This document shows, piece after piece, positions 33,465-44,152 of a DNA stretch of 46,656 nucleotides (position 1 is its first letter; each line of letters opens with the position of its first letter). The notes beneath the pieces are model-generated. The model worked only from the letters and a program-made list of their open reading frames with translations, ran no database searches and was not told where the DNA came from. This DNA comes from Chloroflexota bacterium (GTDB lineage Bacteria; Chloroflexota; Dehalococcoidia; DSTF01; JACRBR01). The stretch spans positions 1 to 46,656 of the forward strand of contig JACRBR010000202.1 in NCBI GenBank assembly GCA_016213125.1, written 5' to 3'. A program made the translations under genes and the position numbers.

Positions 33465-35500
33465 TTCGAGACCGTGACCGTGATCGTCACCTCTGTCCCG
33501 TTGTCCGCCCAGTCGTACGCCTTGGCCTTGATGGTGTGGGTTCCGTTGCTGAACGACATGGTGTTCCAGAGCCGGTTGAACGGCCCCGACGTGTCGTAGC
33601 CGACGTAGGCCCCGTCCACCCAGAAACGGACGATCTTGACGCCCTGTGAGTCCGTCGCGTTCGTCTGAATATCCACCATGCCACCGACGGTCGCCGAAGC
33701 GGCTGGCGCCGTGATGGAGATTGACGGAGGCGTGCTATCGGTGTTCATCACCGTCACGGTGATTACCGCGTCGGTGCCGTTACCCGCACCATCGTAGGCC
33801 CTCGCCTTGACGGTGTGCGTGCCGTTTGAGAACAGCGTCGTATTCCAGAGCCGGGAGTACGGTGCAGTGGTGTCGTAGCCGATGTACGTTCCGTCGATCC
33901 AGAAGCGAACGATGGTGACCCCGGTATCATCGGTCGCGTTCACATTCACGCTGACCGGACCGTTCACGGTCGCGCCGTTGGCGGGTGCGGTGATGCTCGC
34001 GGTTGGCGGCCCGGCGTCGGCGTTGTTGACCGTCACGCTGATCGTCGCGTCGGTGCCGTTATTCGCGGCGTCATATGCGCGGGACTTGACGACGTGACTG
34101 CCATTGGCGAACAGAGACGTATTCCAGGCGCGCGTGAACGGAGCGGTCGTGTCGTAGCCGATGTACGTGCCATCGATCCAGTACCGGACGATGGTGACAC
34201 CGACGTTGTCGCTGGCGTTCGTCGCGATGGTCACAGATCCCGAGACCGTTGCACCGCCTGTCGGTGCACTGATGCTCGCGGTCGGCGGCGTGGTGTCCAC
34301 CGTTACGATCGCGGAGGCTGCGTTTATCAACCCCCAGCCTGTGAGGTTGTCGAACCCGGCGGTTCCCATATCCGTGGCAGTGCTCAGCAGACGGCTTCGA
34401 ATCACCGCCTTGTCGGTGATGCCTGCGGAGATCAGCAAGGCGGCCACGCCCGAAGCGTGCGGCGCGGCGAACGACGTGCCGCTGCCGGTGCCGTAACCGC
34501 CCGCGTAGCCTGCGCAGGTGCAAAGCGTGCCCAGCACGCTTCCCCCAGGGGCCATGATGTCCAGCTCCGGTCCGAAGTTGCTGAACGTCGAGCGCGTACC
34601 CGCCTGATCCGTGGAACCGACGGCGATCGCGTTGGAGTAGGCGGCCGGGTACAGCACCGGACCGTTGTCGTTGCCGCTGGCGGCGATGACGACCACGCCG
34701 GCAGTCCAGGCGTTGTCTACCGACGTCTGCAGTGAGGCTGCCGCGCCGCCGCCGAGGCTCAGGTTTGCGACCTTGGCTCCGTGCGACACCGCCCAGTCGA
34801 TGCCCTGCGATACGTTGAACGAACTGCCGCTCCCCGTGCTGTCCAGCACCTTGACCGGCATGATCTTGCACGACCAGCACACGCCCGCCATCCCCGCGGC
34901 ATTGTTGGTGTTGGCGGCGATGATGCCTGCAACGAACGTGCCATGGCTGTTGTCATCAGCCGTATTGGTGGTGCCGGCGACGAAGTTAAAGCCGGCGTTT
35001 GCGCCTGATGTGAGCTTTCCGGCCAGGTCGGGATGCGTTCCGTCCACCCCGGTGTCGATCACTGCGACGATTACGCTCGCGCTTCCAGTACTGGTGTTCC
35101 ATGCGGAGGGCAGGCCGATCGCCGCGGCGGGCCACTGGTAGGGGGCGTAGAGCGAGTCGTTCGGCGTGAGAATCGCGTGCATCAGCACATCGGGCTCGGC
35201 GAACTCCACCTCGGGATTCGCTTCGAGGGCCGCCACCGCGCCGTCGACCGATTGCGCCGCGTCTGGATCCAGGAGCACGAGCCCTGAGGGCGCCGTGCTG
35301 GCGATAGGGGCGGCGTCAGCGTCCGACAGCGCCTGCCCGACCTCGCCGAGTGTGGCGGTCGGCTTGAATTTCACGATGACGTTGCCCGTTCGTTCGGTCC
35401 CGTCGGTCTGATTTCCCGCCCGAACGGGGCCCTGCATCCCCACCGGCCCGGCGAGCGCCACGACGGCCACGGCCGCCAGTCCAATAAGTCGCAGTCGCAT
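33461..35500 (-). CDS. Secreted S8 (subtilisin-family) serine peptidase with I9 propeptide and three C-terminal Ig-like repeats
   Basis: Catalytic motifs VAVIDTGVDGTHPDL (Asp), HGTFVAGII (His) and GTSFAAPHASGVAALL (Ser). Signal peptide MRLRLIGLAAVAVVALAG from ATG 35500; the track ORF start 35668 is unsupported. C-terminus has three ~93-aa repeats. Confidence 0.9.
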   Translation of the reverse strand: MRLRLIGLAAVAVVALAGPVGMQGPVRAGNQTDGTERTGNVIVKFKPTATLGEVGQALSDADAAPIASTAPSGLVLLDPDAAQSVDGAVAALEANPEVEFAEPDVLMHAILTPNDSLYAPYQWPAAAIGLPSAWNTSTGSASVIVAVIDTGVDGTHPDLAGKLTSGANAGFNFVAGTTNTADDNSHGTFVAGIIAANTNNAAGMAGVCWSCKIMPVKVLDSTGSGSSFNVSQGIDWAVSHGAKVANLSLGGGAAASLQTSVDNAWTAGVVVIAASGNDNGPVLYPAAYSNAIAVGSTDQAGTRSTFSNFGPELDIMAPGGSVLGTLCTCAGYAGGYGTGSGTSFAAPHASGVAALLISAGITDKAVIRSRLLSTATDMGTAGFDNLTGWGLINAASAIVTVDTTPPTASISAPTGGATVSGSVTIATNASDNVGVTIVRYWIDGTYIGYDTTAPFTRAWNTSLFANGSHVVKSRAYDAANNGTDATISVTVNNADAGPPTASITAPANGATVNGPVSVNVNATDDTGVTIVRFWIDGTYIGYDTTAPYSRLWNTTLFSNGTHTVKARAYDGAGNGTDAVITVTVMNTDSTPPSISITAPAASATVGGMVDIQTNATDSQGVKIVRFWVDGAYVGYDTSGPFNRLWNTMSFSNGTHTIKAKAYDWADNGTEVTITVTVSN
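33464..34290 (-). repeat. Three in-frame tandem ~279-nt repeats encoding Ig-like modules of the S8 peptidase
   Basis: Repeat peptides PPTASISAPTGGATVSG...VRYWIDGTYIGYDTTAPF..., PPTASITAPANGATVNG...VRFWIDGTYIGYDTTAPY... and PPSISITAPAASATVGG...VRFWVDGAYVGYDTSGPF.... The antisense track ORFs starting MYVPSIQ at 33882 and 34161 confirm the 279-nt period. Confidence 0.85.
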
Positions 35501-35725
35501 CGCACCCCCTAGATACGTTCGGGGCGGCCTGACCCGCACCACCCTCTTAGGTAAGTTTCGGTATCCGCCCCTAGGACCCTTAGTGGTTCTCCCTGATTTG
35601 TACGGAGCGCATCTGGGAGGCCAGCTGATTGGCGACCAAACGTTCTTGACGGGGCCGTGTAGCTTCACATTTCAGAGGCATTCGGGGGGCGACATAAGTG
35701 TCCCGGGGCTGTATGCTCGGCCCTG

Positions 35726-36391
35726 ATGCCCATATCAGGTGTGACGCTGGAATCGCCCACGAGGCTGGAGCGAAAGCGCGCGCGTAACCGCGACGCCCTG
35801 GTGGCCGCCGCGCGACGGCTCTTTACGCGTGATGGCTTCGAGGCTACGACGATAGCCGCAATCGCAGAGGAAGCTGACCTCGGTTTCGGAACCTTCTACC
35901 GCTACTTCGAGGACAAGACCGCAGCTCTACGAGCCGTGCTCGAGGAGGCCGTTCGCGAGATCGACCGCGTGCTTCGCGCTGAGGACGACGCTGACGTACC
36001 GGCTGCAGAGGCCCTGGCGCGCCTCACTGATCGCGTGGTGCGCGCGGCCGCGCGGAACCGCAGCGTCTTCGCGCTCTGGTGGGAAGTCAGCATGCATTCG
36101 GGTAAGAGCAGAAGGCTGGGACCCCCAAACACTCCTCCCCTCCCCGTTAGCCTCGCACAGGCGATCGAGGGGCTGATCGCGAGGGGAGTCGAAAGCGGCG
36201 AGTTCGCGCCCGGCGACACCGCGCTTCGTTCGGGCTTCATCGCGGGCGCGCACCTGCATGTGCTCGCTCCGCCTGCCGGGCGGCACGAAGAGCAAGATGT
36301 CATAGACGCGCTTTGCGATTTCGAGCTCCGCGCACTTGGCGTTGCGCCCGCACAAGGAACAAAGGACCGGAAGGGGAGGGCCACTAGGTGA
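35726..36391 (+). CDS. TetR/AcrR family transcriptional regulator
   Basis: N-terminal HTH RNRDALVAAARRLFTRDGFEATTIAAIAEEADLGFGTFYRYFEDK. Stop overlaps the adaptor gene start (GTGA). Confidence 0.9.
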   Translation: MPISGVTLESPTRLERKRARNRDALVAAARRLFTRDGFEATTIAAIAEEADLGFGTFYRYFEDKTAALRAVLEEAVREIDRVLRAEDDADVPAAEALARLTDRVVRAAARNRSVFALWWEVSMHSGKSRRLGPPNTPPLPVSLAQAIEGLIARGVESGEFAPGDTALRSGFIAGAHLHVLAPPAGRHEEQDVIDALCDFELRALGVAPAQGTKDRKGRATR

Positions 36392-38292
36392 CCGCGATCA
36401 ACTTCGACGACGATTTGGAACTGGAAGAGAATGCGTGGCGGGGCAGGATTGTTACAGTTCTGGTCCTGCTCACGCTCACCGCCGCCATCGGCCTCGCGAT
36501 CTGGTACTTCCGCCGGGAGGACTCCCTCAGCATAACGCGAGAGACGGAGGAGATACCGGTCACGCGAGGCACGATTCGCCAGACCCTTAGCATCACCGGC
36601 ACGGCTGACGCGGAGTTGAACAGCGACCTGGTGTTCCAGGCCTCCGGCAAGGTGGCGTCGGTCAACGTGAAGACCGGTGATGTGGTCCGCCAGGACGACG
36701 TGCTCGCCGTGCTCGAATCGGAGGACGCCGAGAACGCGGTCGCCTCCGCCCAGGCCAACGCCCGGAGCGCGCAACTGAAGCTCGATGACCTGCTTGAAGG
36801 CACAGAAGCAGCGGATGTCGCCACGGCCGAGCAGGGGGTCGCTGCCGCCCAGGCCGGCCTCACCAAGGCCCAGAACGACTACGACACACTTCTCCAGGGC
36901 GGCACATCCGCCGACGTCGCCGGGGCGCAGCAAGTTGTGAGCGCGGCCGAGGCTCAGCTGGCCACGGCGCAGGCCAATCGCGAGAAGCTGAATGACACTC
37001 CGTCCGACGCCGACATCGCTGCAGCCGAAGCTGGGGTTGCGCAGGCCGAATCCGCTCTTACTGGAGCCGAGAACATGGCTGATTCGGCCGAGAACGGCTT
37101 GGCGACGGCTGAGAGCTCGCTCAAGAACGCAGAAATTGGCTACTGCGATCTCTCTCCGATCCCAATCCCTGCGTTTTGCTCGACGCTCACGGCACCGATC
37201 TCTTCAGCTGACCAGTCTCTCATGAATGACGCTCTTGACGGCACAAACCTTTCGAAGGCCCTCGCCGTCTTGAGTGCCAACAGCGCTTATCTTAGTGCCG
37301 CAAACAGCAAAGCTTCCGCCGATGCTAGCGTCCAGTCGGCCGAGGACGCGCTCTCGTCCGCGCAGGCGAAGCTCGACGCCGCGAACGACGGACCCTCAGC
37401 GGAAGACGAGGCGGCAGCCGAAGCCGGCGTGAAGTCGGCGGAAGCTGGCCTCACAGCGGCGAAGGAGAAACTGGCGCTCGTGGAGGGCGGCGGCACCGAC
37501 TTCCAGCGCTCGACGGCTGCCGCGGCCGTCCAAAGCGCTGACGCCGCGCTCGACGCCGCGCTCGCCAAGCGAAATCAGGCGTATCGTGGCGCAGATGCCA
37601 ACGCGATCGAACAGGCGCGCCAGGCGGTGCGCACGGCGCAGCTCCAGGTCGAGGCGGCGCAGATCCGGCTGAAGAACGCAAAGATCATCGCGCCATTCGA
37701 CGGGACCGTCGGCGCGGTGAACATCAAGCAGGGCGAGTTCTTCGGTGGCGCGAGCGCGGCTGCCGAGGGCGGCGCCATTGTGCTCCTGACCCCGAATCGT
37801 CTTACGCTCAGTATGAGTGTGGGCGAGACGGACTATCGCTCCGTGAAAATCGGCCAGGGGGGTGCGGCCGTATTCGATGGCATCCCCGGCGCTGTCTATC
37901 CCTTCGCCGTCACGGAGATCGGCCTCAGCCCGACCGTTACGCAAGGCGTCGTCACGTACTCTCTAAAGGCGTCGCTTGTCGTGCTTCCCGACAACGCCAG
38001 CCCCGCTCCCGGTATGAACGCGCGTGGTCAGATCGTCACGAGTTCCAAAGAGAATGTCTTGCTGGTGCCTTCCCGAGCCATTCGCATTCGCGGCACGGAC
38101 CAGGTGGTGGACGTCAAGCGCGACAGCGGCACTGAGGAACAGGTTGTTACGACGGGGGCGAGCGACGGCGGCAACGTGGAAGTCCTGACCGGCTTGGACG
38201 AAGGGGACATCGTCACAGTTGTGACGATCAAGAGCGGAGGCGCCGGAAGCACGCCCGAGGCAGAGCCGACGCTTCCCGGCGGTGTGAGGTAG
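36388..38292 (+). CDS. HlyD/MacA-like periplasmic adaptor (membrane fusion protein) with an unusually long coiled-coil hairpin
   Basis: N-terminal TM. Lipoyl-like halves SGKVASVNVKTGDVVRQDDVLAVL and IIAPFDGTVGAVNIKQGEFF, separated by ~330 Ala-rich helical residues. C-terminal beta-barrel/MP domains. 634 aa. Confidence 0.85.
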   Translation: MTAINFDDDLELEENAWRGRIVTVLVLLTLTAAIGLAIWYFRREDSLSITRETEEIPVTRGTIRQTLSITGTADAELNSDLVFQASGKVASVNVKTGDVVRQDDVLAVLESEDAENAVASAQANARSAQLKLDDLLEGTEAADVATAEQGVAAAQAGLTKAQNDYDTLLQGGTSADVAGAQQVVSAAEAQLATAQANREKLNDTPSDADIAAAEAGVAQAESALTGAENMADSAENGLATAESSLKNAEIGYCDLSPIPIPAFCSTLTAPISSADQSLMNDALDGTNLSKALAVLSANSAYLSAANSKASADASVQSAEDALSSAQAKLDAANDGPSAEDEAAAEAGVKSAEAGLTAAKEKLALVEGGGTDFQRSTAAAAVQSADAALDAALAKRNQAYRGADANAIEQARQAVRTAQLQVEAAQIRLKNAKIIAPFDGTVGAVNIKQGEFFGGASAAAEGGAIVLLTPNRLTLSMSVGETDYRSVKIGQGGAAVFDGIPGAVYPFAVTEIGLSPTVTQGVVTYSLKASLVVLPDNASPAPGMNARGQIVTSSKENVLLVPSRAIRIRGTDQVVDVKRDSGTEEQVVTTGASDGGNVEVLTGLDEGDIVTVVTIKSGGAGSTPEAEPTLPGGVR

Positions 38293-38296
38293 CAGC

Positions 38297-39048
<752 letters not shown>

Positions 39049-39052
<4 letters not shown>

Positions 39053-40344
39053 GCATCCTTGACGTCTTCATCACTGCCCTCACGTCGATGCGCTCGAACA
39101 TTCTACGCACGCTTCTGACGATGCTGGGCATCATCATCGGCATCGCCGCCGTAATCACGGGGACGGCCGCGGGCGAAGGCGCCCAGCAGGGGGTGACGGA
39201 GCGAATCGCGGGACTTGGCAGTAACCTCATGTTCGTCCGCCCATATTCGCCCGACTCCGGCGGCGTGAACCTGCCCGGCCTGGGCCCGAGCCTTTTCTTC
39301 GAAGACTCCAAACAGGTCGTCAACGCGAAGCTGCCTTGTGTGAGCGCGATCGCCGCTCAGGCGACGATTGGCGCACCCGGTGATTTCATCGGCGCACAAG
39401 CGATCTATCGCGGCAAAAACATTGATACGTTGCTGGTCGGGACAGAGCCGACGTACCAGCAGGTCCGCAACTTCTATGTCGGCAGCGGCCGCTTCATCAC
39501 GCAGGACGATGTGGACAAGAAGGCGCTCGTGGTCGTTCTCGGGAGTGGCGTCGCCGACAAGCTCTTCGGGTCGGCCGATCCGATTGGCCAGAACATGCGG
39601 ATCTTCGCCGGGGTTGGCGGCCGCTTCGGCATCACGATCAACTTCACGGTCATTGGAGTCATGGAGGCACGCGGCGGATCAAGCGGGGCAGACGAAGACA
39701 ACCAGATCTTCACGCCGCTGCCGTCGCTTCAGGCCCGGGCGCCGGCCGGCTTCCGAAACGCTCGCGGTTACTCGAACATCGGCCAGATCAACGTCGCGCT
39801 CGCGGAGAATTGCGACGAGGACGCCGCCAAGATCGATATCGCCGCCATCTTGCGGAAAGCTCGAGAACTACCGCCGGGCAAAGAGAACGACTTCCAGATC
39901 CAGTCGCAGAAAGACGTCCTGGCGACGGCGACGGAGGTCGAGGAATCGTTCCAGATCCTGATCGCGTCGATCGCCCTCATCGCACTCGTCGTCGGCGGCA
40001 TCGGCATCATGAACATCATGCTAGTGTCGGTCACTGAGCGCACGCGCGAGATCGGCATTCGAAAGGCGGTCGGCGCGAAACGATTCGACATCCTGCTGCA
40101 GTTCCTGTTGGAGGCGCTGGTGGTGACGGTGCTGGGAGGTATCCTCGGCGTTCTTGCGGCGTGGGGCGCCACCAAGATCGCGGCGGGGTTTGACATCGGC
40201 GGCAAGGACACGAAGTACGCGATCACCGCCCAGTGGGTGATGCTGGGGCTCGGTGTCTCCGCGGTCACGGGGGTCATCGCCGGGGTCTACCCGGCGTGGC
40301 GGGCCGCCCGCCTTGACCCCATCGAAGCCCTCCGCCACGAGTAG
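39049..40344 (+). CDS. ABC transporter permease (MacB/FtsX-like)
   Basis: N-terminal TM, large extracytoplasmic domain, then a C-terminal FtsX-type 3-TM bundle with the ERTREIGIRKAVGA motif. GTGA overlap with the ATPase gene. Confidence 0.9.
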
Positions 40345-40404
40345 CGGGCGCTCTGAGCCGTCGCATGGCTGTACGCTACCCGAGCCGTCGCTAGACTAGC
40401 TGCG

Positions 40405-41226
40405 ATGCAAATCGCCGTCGTCGGCCACGCCGAGCATGTGACGATCGCCGCGGTCCCGGCGTTTCCCGCACCCGGCGACATCGTCCATCTTGACAACCCG
40501 GCTGTCATTGCCGGCGGCGGCGGCGCCATCGCGTACTTCCAGTTCGCGAGGAGTGCAGCAGACGTTCACTTCTTCACCGCCATTGGCATCGATGATGCGG
40601 CGCTACTCGTTTACCACGAGATCTCGAACGTCGGCGCTACGATACACGCCGCTCTCCGAATGGAGCCGCATACTCGCGACCTTGTGCTCGTGACGCACGA
40701 TGCCGAGCGCACGATCATGGTCGTCGGGCGGCCCCTGCATCCTGCTATCGATGACCGGCTCTCGTGGGAGCTCCTGGGAACGTGTGATGCGGCGTACTTC
40801 ACCGGAGAAGATCCCGAGACGCTGAAACTGGCACGCAACGCCAACCTGCTCGTCGTGACGGCGCGCCGCTCCCATGTCCTCGCCGCGGCGGGCATACGCC
40901 CCGACATCGTGGTGGGCAGCGTGCGCGACCCTCGCGAACACAGCCGCCTGCGCGACTATGCGGAACCGCCCCGCGCGCTCGTGCTCACTGACGGGGCACT
41001 GGGAGGCAGGATCGAGACCCGTAGCGGTGTGAGTTCGTTTCACGCCCCGAAGATCGATAGCCCTGTGGTAGGCGCATATGGGGCCGGTGACACGTTCGCT
41101 GCAGCGCTCACGTGGTACCTCGCGGCGGGGCAGGAGCTCGAAGCGTCGTGCGAGCGGGCATCGCACCACGCGGCAGCCGTTCTCACAGGCATCAATCCGC
41201 TTGAGAACCAATTGCCTTTGGCCTAA
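40405..41226 (+). CDS. PfkB-family carbohydrate kinase
   Basis: 273 aa. GGGGAIAY near the N-terminus and the C-terminal PfkB signature GAGDTFAAAL. Confidence 0.8.
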   Translation: MQIAVVGHAEHVTIAAVPAFPAPGDIVHLDNPAVIAGGGGAIAYFQFARSAADVHFFTAIGIDDAALLVYHEISNVGATIHAALRMEPHTRDLVLVTHDAERTIMVVGRPLHPAIDDRLSWELLGTCDAAYFTGEDPETLKLARNANLLVVTARRSHVLAAAGIRPDIVVGSVRDPREHSRLRDYAEPPRALVLTDGALGGRIETRSGVSSFHAPKIDSPVVGAYGAGDTFAAALTWYLAAGQELEASCERASHHAAAVLTGINPLENQLPLA

Positions 41227-41268
41227 GGCCCGCAAGCGCGACCAGCCGTCGCCCGCGGGGCGAGTTCG

Positions 41269-43515
41269 TTACAGTTTCTCCAGGGGTGCGAACGACAGCA
41301 TCAGCTTCTTGATGCCGACCTCGCCCTTGAACGCGACCGTCACTTCTTGGTCGTCCTTCACCATCTGTGACGACACGACGATGCCCTCGCCGAACCGGGG
41401 ATGGCGGACGCGTTCTCCGCCTGCATACACCAGTTCCTCGGGAACCGGCGGGCGCTCGTCCCTGCGGGCGAACTCTTCGCGGAACCGTGAAGGCCCGCGC
41501 TCGACCGCCTCGTGCTGGCTCCGCACGGCGGACCGCTGCGCAATCAACTGCTGTGGGATGTCCTTCAGGAAGCGCGACGGCGGGTTGTGCGACGACGATC
41601 CCATTCCGTATCGCTTGAAGGCCCGGATCAGGTAAAGCCGCTGCTTCGCCCGCGTCATCCCGACATAGCACAGCCGCCGCTCTTCTTCCATCTGCATCGC
41701 GTCATCGAACGAGCGAATGTGGGGAAGTACCCCTTCCTCCATCGCGGTCATGAAGACGACGGGATACTCCAGCCCCTTGGCGGAGTGCAATGTGATCAGC
41801 GTCACCCGCCCGGAGTGCGGATCGTCCGTATCCGGCACCGTGTCCGCGTCCGAGATCAGGGCCACGTCCTCGAGGAACGACACCAGCCCATGACCCGCCG
41901 AAAGCCCATCGTACTCCGACGCCACGTTTCGCAGCTCGCCGATGTTCTCCCAGCGTTCGTCGGCTTCCGCCTCGTCGAACTCGGCGTAGAGGTACTTGCG
42001 GTATCCGGTCCGTTCCAGCACACCGTCGAGCAGGGTCGAGAGATTGTTCTTCTCGGCCACGTTCTGCAACTCGGCGATCATCTCCTGGAACTCGATTAGC
42101 GTCCTTGTCTGCTTCGCGCCGATCGGACGGGCTCCAGCGCCGCTTCTTCCTGCGCCGGCGTTCTCCTGCTCGGCGATGAGCTGCAGCGCGGTGTAGGGTG
42201 GCACTTCGCGCTCCCGCGCCCACCGATCCAACTCGGATAGGGTCTTTGTGCCGATGCCCCGGCCGGGCACGTTCACGATGCGCGTGAAGCTCACGGCGTC
42301 GTGGGGATTCTGGACCAGGCGCATGTAGGCCAGGACGTCCTTCACCTCGCGCCGCTCGTAGAAACGCGTACCGCCCACCAGCGCGTACGGCACCCTGGTC
42401 CGGATTAAGGCTTCCTCCAGCGCCCGGGAGTGCGCGTTCGTCCGGTACATGACGGCGAACTCTCCGTACGGGCGCCTCTCTTCTTCCACGAGAGTGGCGA
42501 TCTCGTTCGCTACGAAGTCCGCCTCCTCGGCTTCGTCGTAGGCCTCATACGCGACAATCGGCTCGCCGCCGCCGGCCGAGGTCCAGAGCGACTTCTCTTT
42601 GCGTTGCTTGTTTCCCGCGATGACAGCGTGCGCCGCATCCAGAATGTTCTGCGTCGAGCGGTAGTTCTGCTCCAGCAGCACCGTCTTCGCGTCCGGAAAG
42701 TCACGCTCGAAGTTCAGGATGTTGCGGATGTCGGCGGAGCGCCAAGAGTAGATGGATTGATCGGGATCGCCGACCACGCAGATGTTCGGGTGCTTTCCGG
42801 CGAACAGCCGTGCAAGCTGGTACTGCGCGATGTTCGTATCCTGAAATTCGTCCACCAGGACGTGGAGGAAGCGCTCCTGGTACTTCTCCCGGAGCCCTTC
42901 GTGGTTCTGCAGCATCTCCACAACCCGCACGATGAGGTCGTCGAAATCGAGCGCGCCGTTCTCGACCAGGAGCTGCTGATACGTGTCGTACGCGCGGGCC
43001 ACGACCTCGCCGAAATAGTCGCGCGCCTGGCGGGCGTACGTCTCGGGCGAAACCAGTTCGCTCTTGGCGTGCGAGATCGCGCCAAGGATCGCCCGCTCCT
43101 TGAAGCGCTTCGTGTCGACGTTCGCGTATTCGCACGCCCGCTTCATCAACGACATCTGGTCCGCATCGTCGTAGATGTTGAACTGGCGGTTCAGGCCGAT
43201 CCGGTCCGCCTCGGTCCGCAGCAACCGCGCGCAGATGGAGTGAAATGTTCCGAGCATCAGGTCGCCCGCGGCCTCGCCGAGGTGCGCGGATACGCGCGAT
43301 CGCATCTCACGCGCCGCCTTGTTCGTGAAGGTCACGGACAGGATCCGCCACGGCGCGACACCGATGACGTCCACGAGGTACGCGATGCGGTGGGCTATCA
43401 CGCGCGTCTTGCCGGAGCCTGGGCCGGCAAGGATCAGCAGCGGCCCGGCGATCGTCGTGACCGCCTCGCGCTGTGGCGCATTCAGGTCCTCCAGGATGTG
43501 TTCCGCGGTAACCAC
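41269..43515 (-). CDS. pcrA: ATP-dependent DNA helicase PcrA/UvrD (SF1A)
   Basis: LNAPQREAV, Walker A AGPGSGKTRV, motif II VDEFQDTN, motif III VGDPDQSIYSWR, and TLHSAKGLEYPVVF. C-terminal Tudor-like RVRHPRFGEGIVV. Confidence 0.9.
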   Translation of the reverse strand: MVTAEHILEDLNAPQREAVTTIAGPLLILAGPGSGKTRVIAHRIAYLVDVIGVAPWRILSVTFTNKAAREMRSRVSAHLGEAAGDLMLGTFHSICARLLRTEADRIGLNRQFNIYDDADQMSLMKRACEYANVDTKRFKERAILGAISHAKSELVSPETYARQARDYFGEVVARAYDTYQQLLVENGALDFDDLIVRVVEMLQNHEGLREKYQERFLHVLVDEFQDTNIAQYQLARLFAGKHPNICVVGDPDQSIYSWRSADIRNILNFERDFPDAKTVLLEQNYRSTQNILDAAHAVIAGNKQRKEKSLWTSAGGGEPIVAYEAYDEAEEADFVANEIATLVEEERRPYGEFAVMYRTNAHSRALEEALIRTRVPYALVGGTRFYERREVKDVLAYMRLVQNPHDAVSFTRIVNVPGRGIGTKTLSELDRWAREREVPPYTALQLIAEQENAGAGRSGAGARPIGAKQTRTLIEFQEMIAELQNVAEKNNLSTLLDGVLERTGYRKYLYAEFDEAEADERWENIGELRNVASEYDGLSAGHGLVSFLEDVALISDADTVPDTDDPHSGRVTLITLHSAKGLEYPVVFMTAMEEGVLPHIRSFDDAMQMEEERRLCYVGMTRAKQRLYLIRAFKRYGMGSSSHNPPSRFLKDIPQQLIAQRSAVRSQHEAVERGPSRFREEFARRDERPPVPEELVYAGGERVRHPRFGEGIVVSSQMVKDDQEVTVAFKGEVGIKKLMLSFAPLEKL

Positions 43516-43613
43516 GCGACCTCACGACCACCGTAGCGCGCGCGAAAGGCGAACGCCGCTTTGTGCAACCTGACTCATCCTGATGATCGCGAGCGGCGGG
43601 AACCACCCCGTTG

Positions 43614-44135
43614 CTACGCCAACCGCGCGCCCTCGAGCGCCAGCAGTCTCGCCTTCATATCGAGCCCGCCACCGAAGCCATGCAGCCCCCCACCGCTGCC
43701 CACGATCCGGTGACACGGCACCACGATGGGCACGGGGTTCGTCGCCATGGTCCGGCCAACGGCACGGTACGCGGTCGGGCTTCCCGCGCGGCGCGCCAGG
43801 TCTGCGTAGGTCGCCACCTGGCCCCGCGGCACCTTTGCGCACTCTTCCATCACGCGCCGTCGGAAGGGCGTCATCCAGGAGAGGTCCAACTCGACGTCGA
43901 ATGCCGTCCGCTTTCCGGCCAGATACTCGTTGAGCTGCTTGATCAGCGGCTTGACCCGGCGCTCATCCGCCACGAGCCCATACGTTCCATGCAGTTCGCG
44001 TGAGAGAGCCTCGACGGCCTCGGGCATGCGTCTCGCGTCCACACCGAACTTGATGGCCGCGAGGCGCCGCCCTTCGCCCGCGACCAGCATTGGGCCGAAC
44101 TCGGTTTCGGCAATGCCGTAGTACGCGACTGCCAT
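43614..44135 (-). CDS. ogt: Methylated-DNA--protein-cysteine methyltransferase
   Basis: Active-site PCHRIV and downstream GGGL. Preferred ATG 44135 (MAVAYYGIAETEFG...) behind gggagg. The track ORF extension to 44309 overlaps the upstream gene. Confidence 0.9.
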   Translation of the reverse strand: MAVAYYGIAETEFGPMLVAGEGRRLAAIKFGVDARRMPEAVEALSRELHGTYGLVADERRVKPLIKQLNEYLAGKRTAFDVELDLSWMTPFRRRVMEECAKVPRGQVATYADLARRAGSPTAYRAVGRTMATNPVPIVVPCHRIVGSGGGLHGFGGGLDMKARLLALEGARLA

Positions 44136-44152
44136 CCATGGCCTCCCAGCGG

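Noticed and set aside
41249-41263. Small hairpin tcgccc-gcg-gggcga between the convergent pfkB-like and pcrA genes as a bidirectional terminator
   Set aside because: It has only a 6-bp stem with a 3-nt loop and no flanking U/A tracts. This is too weak to call.
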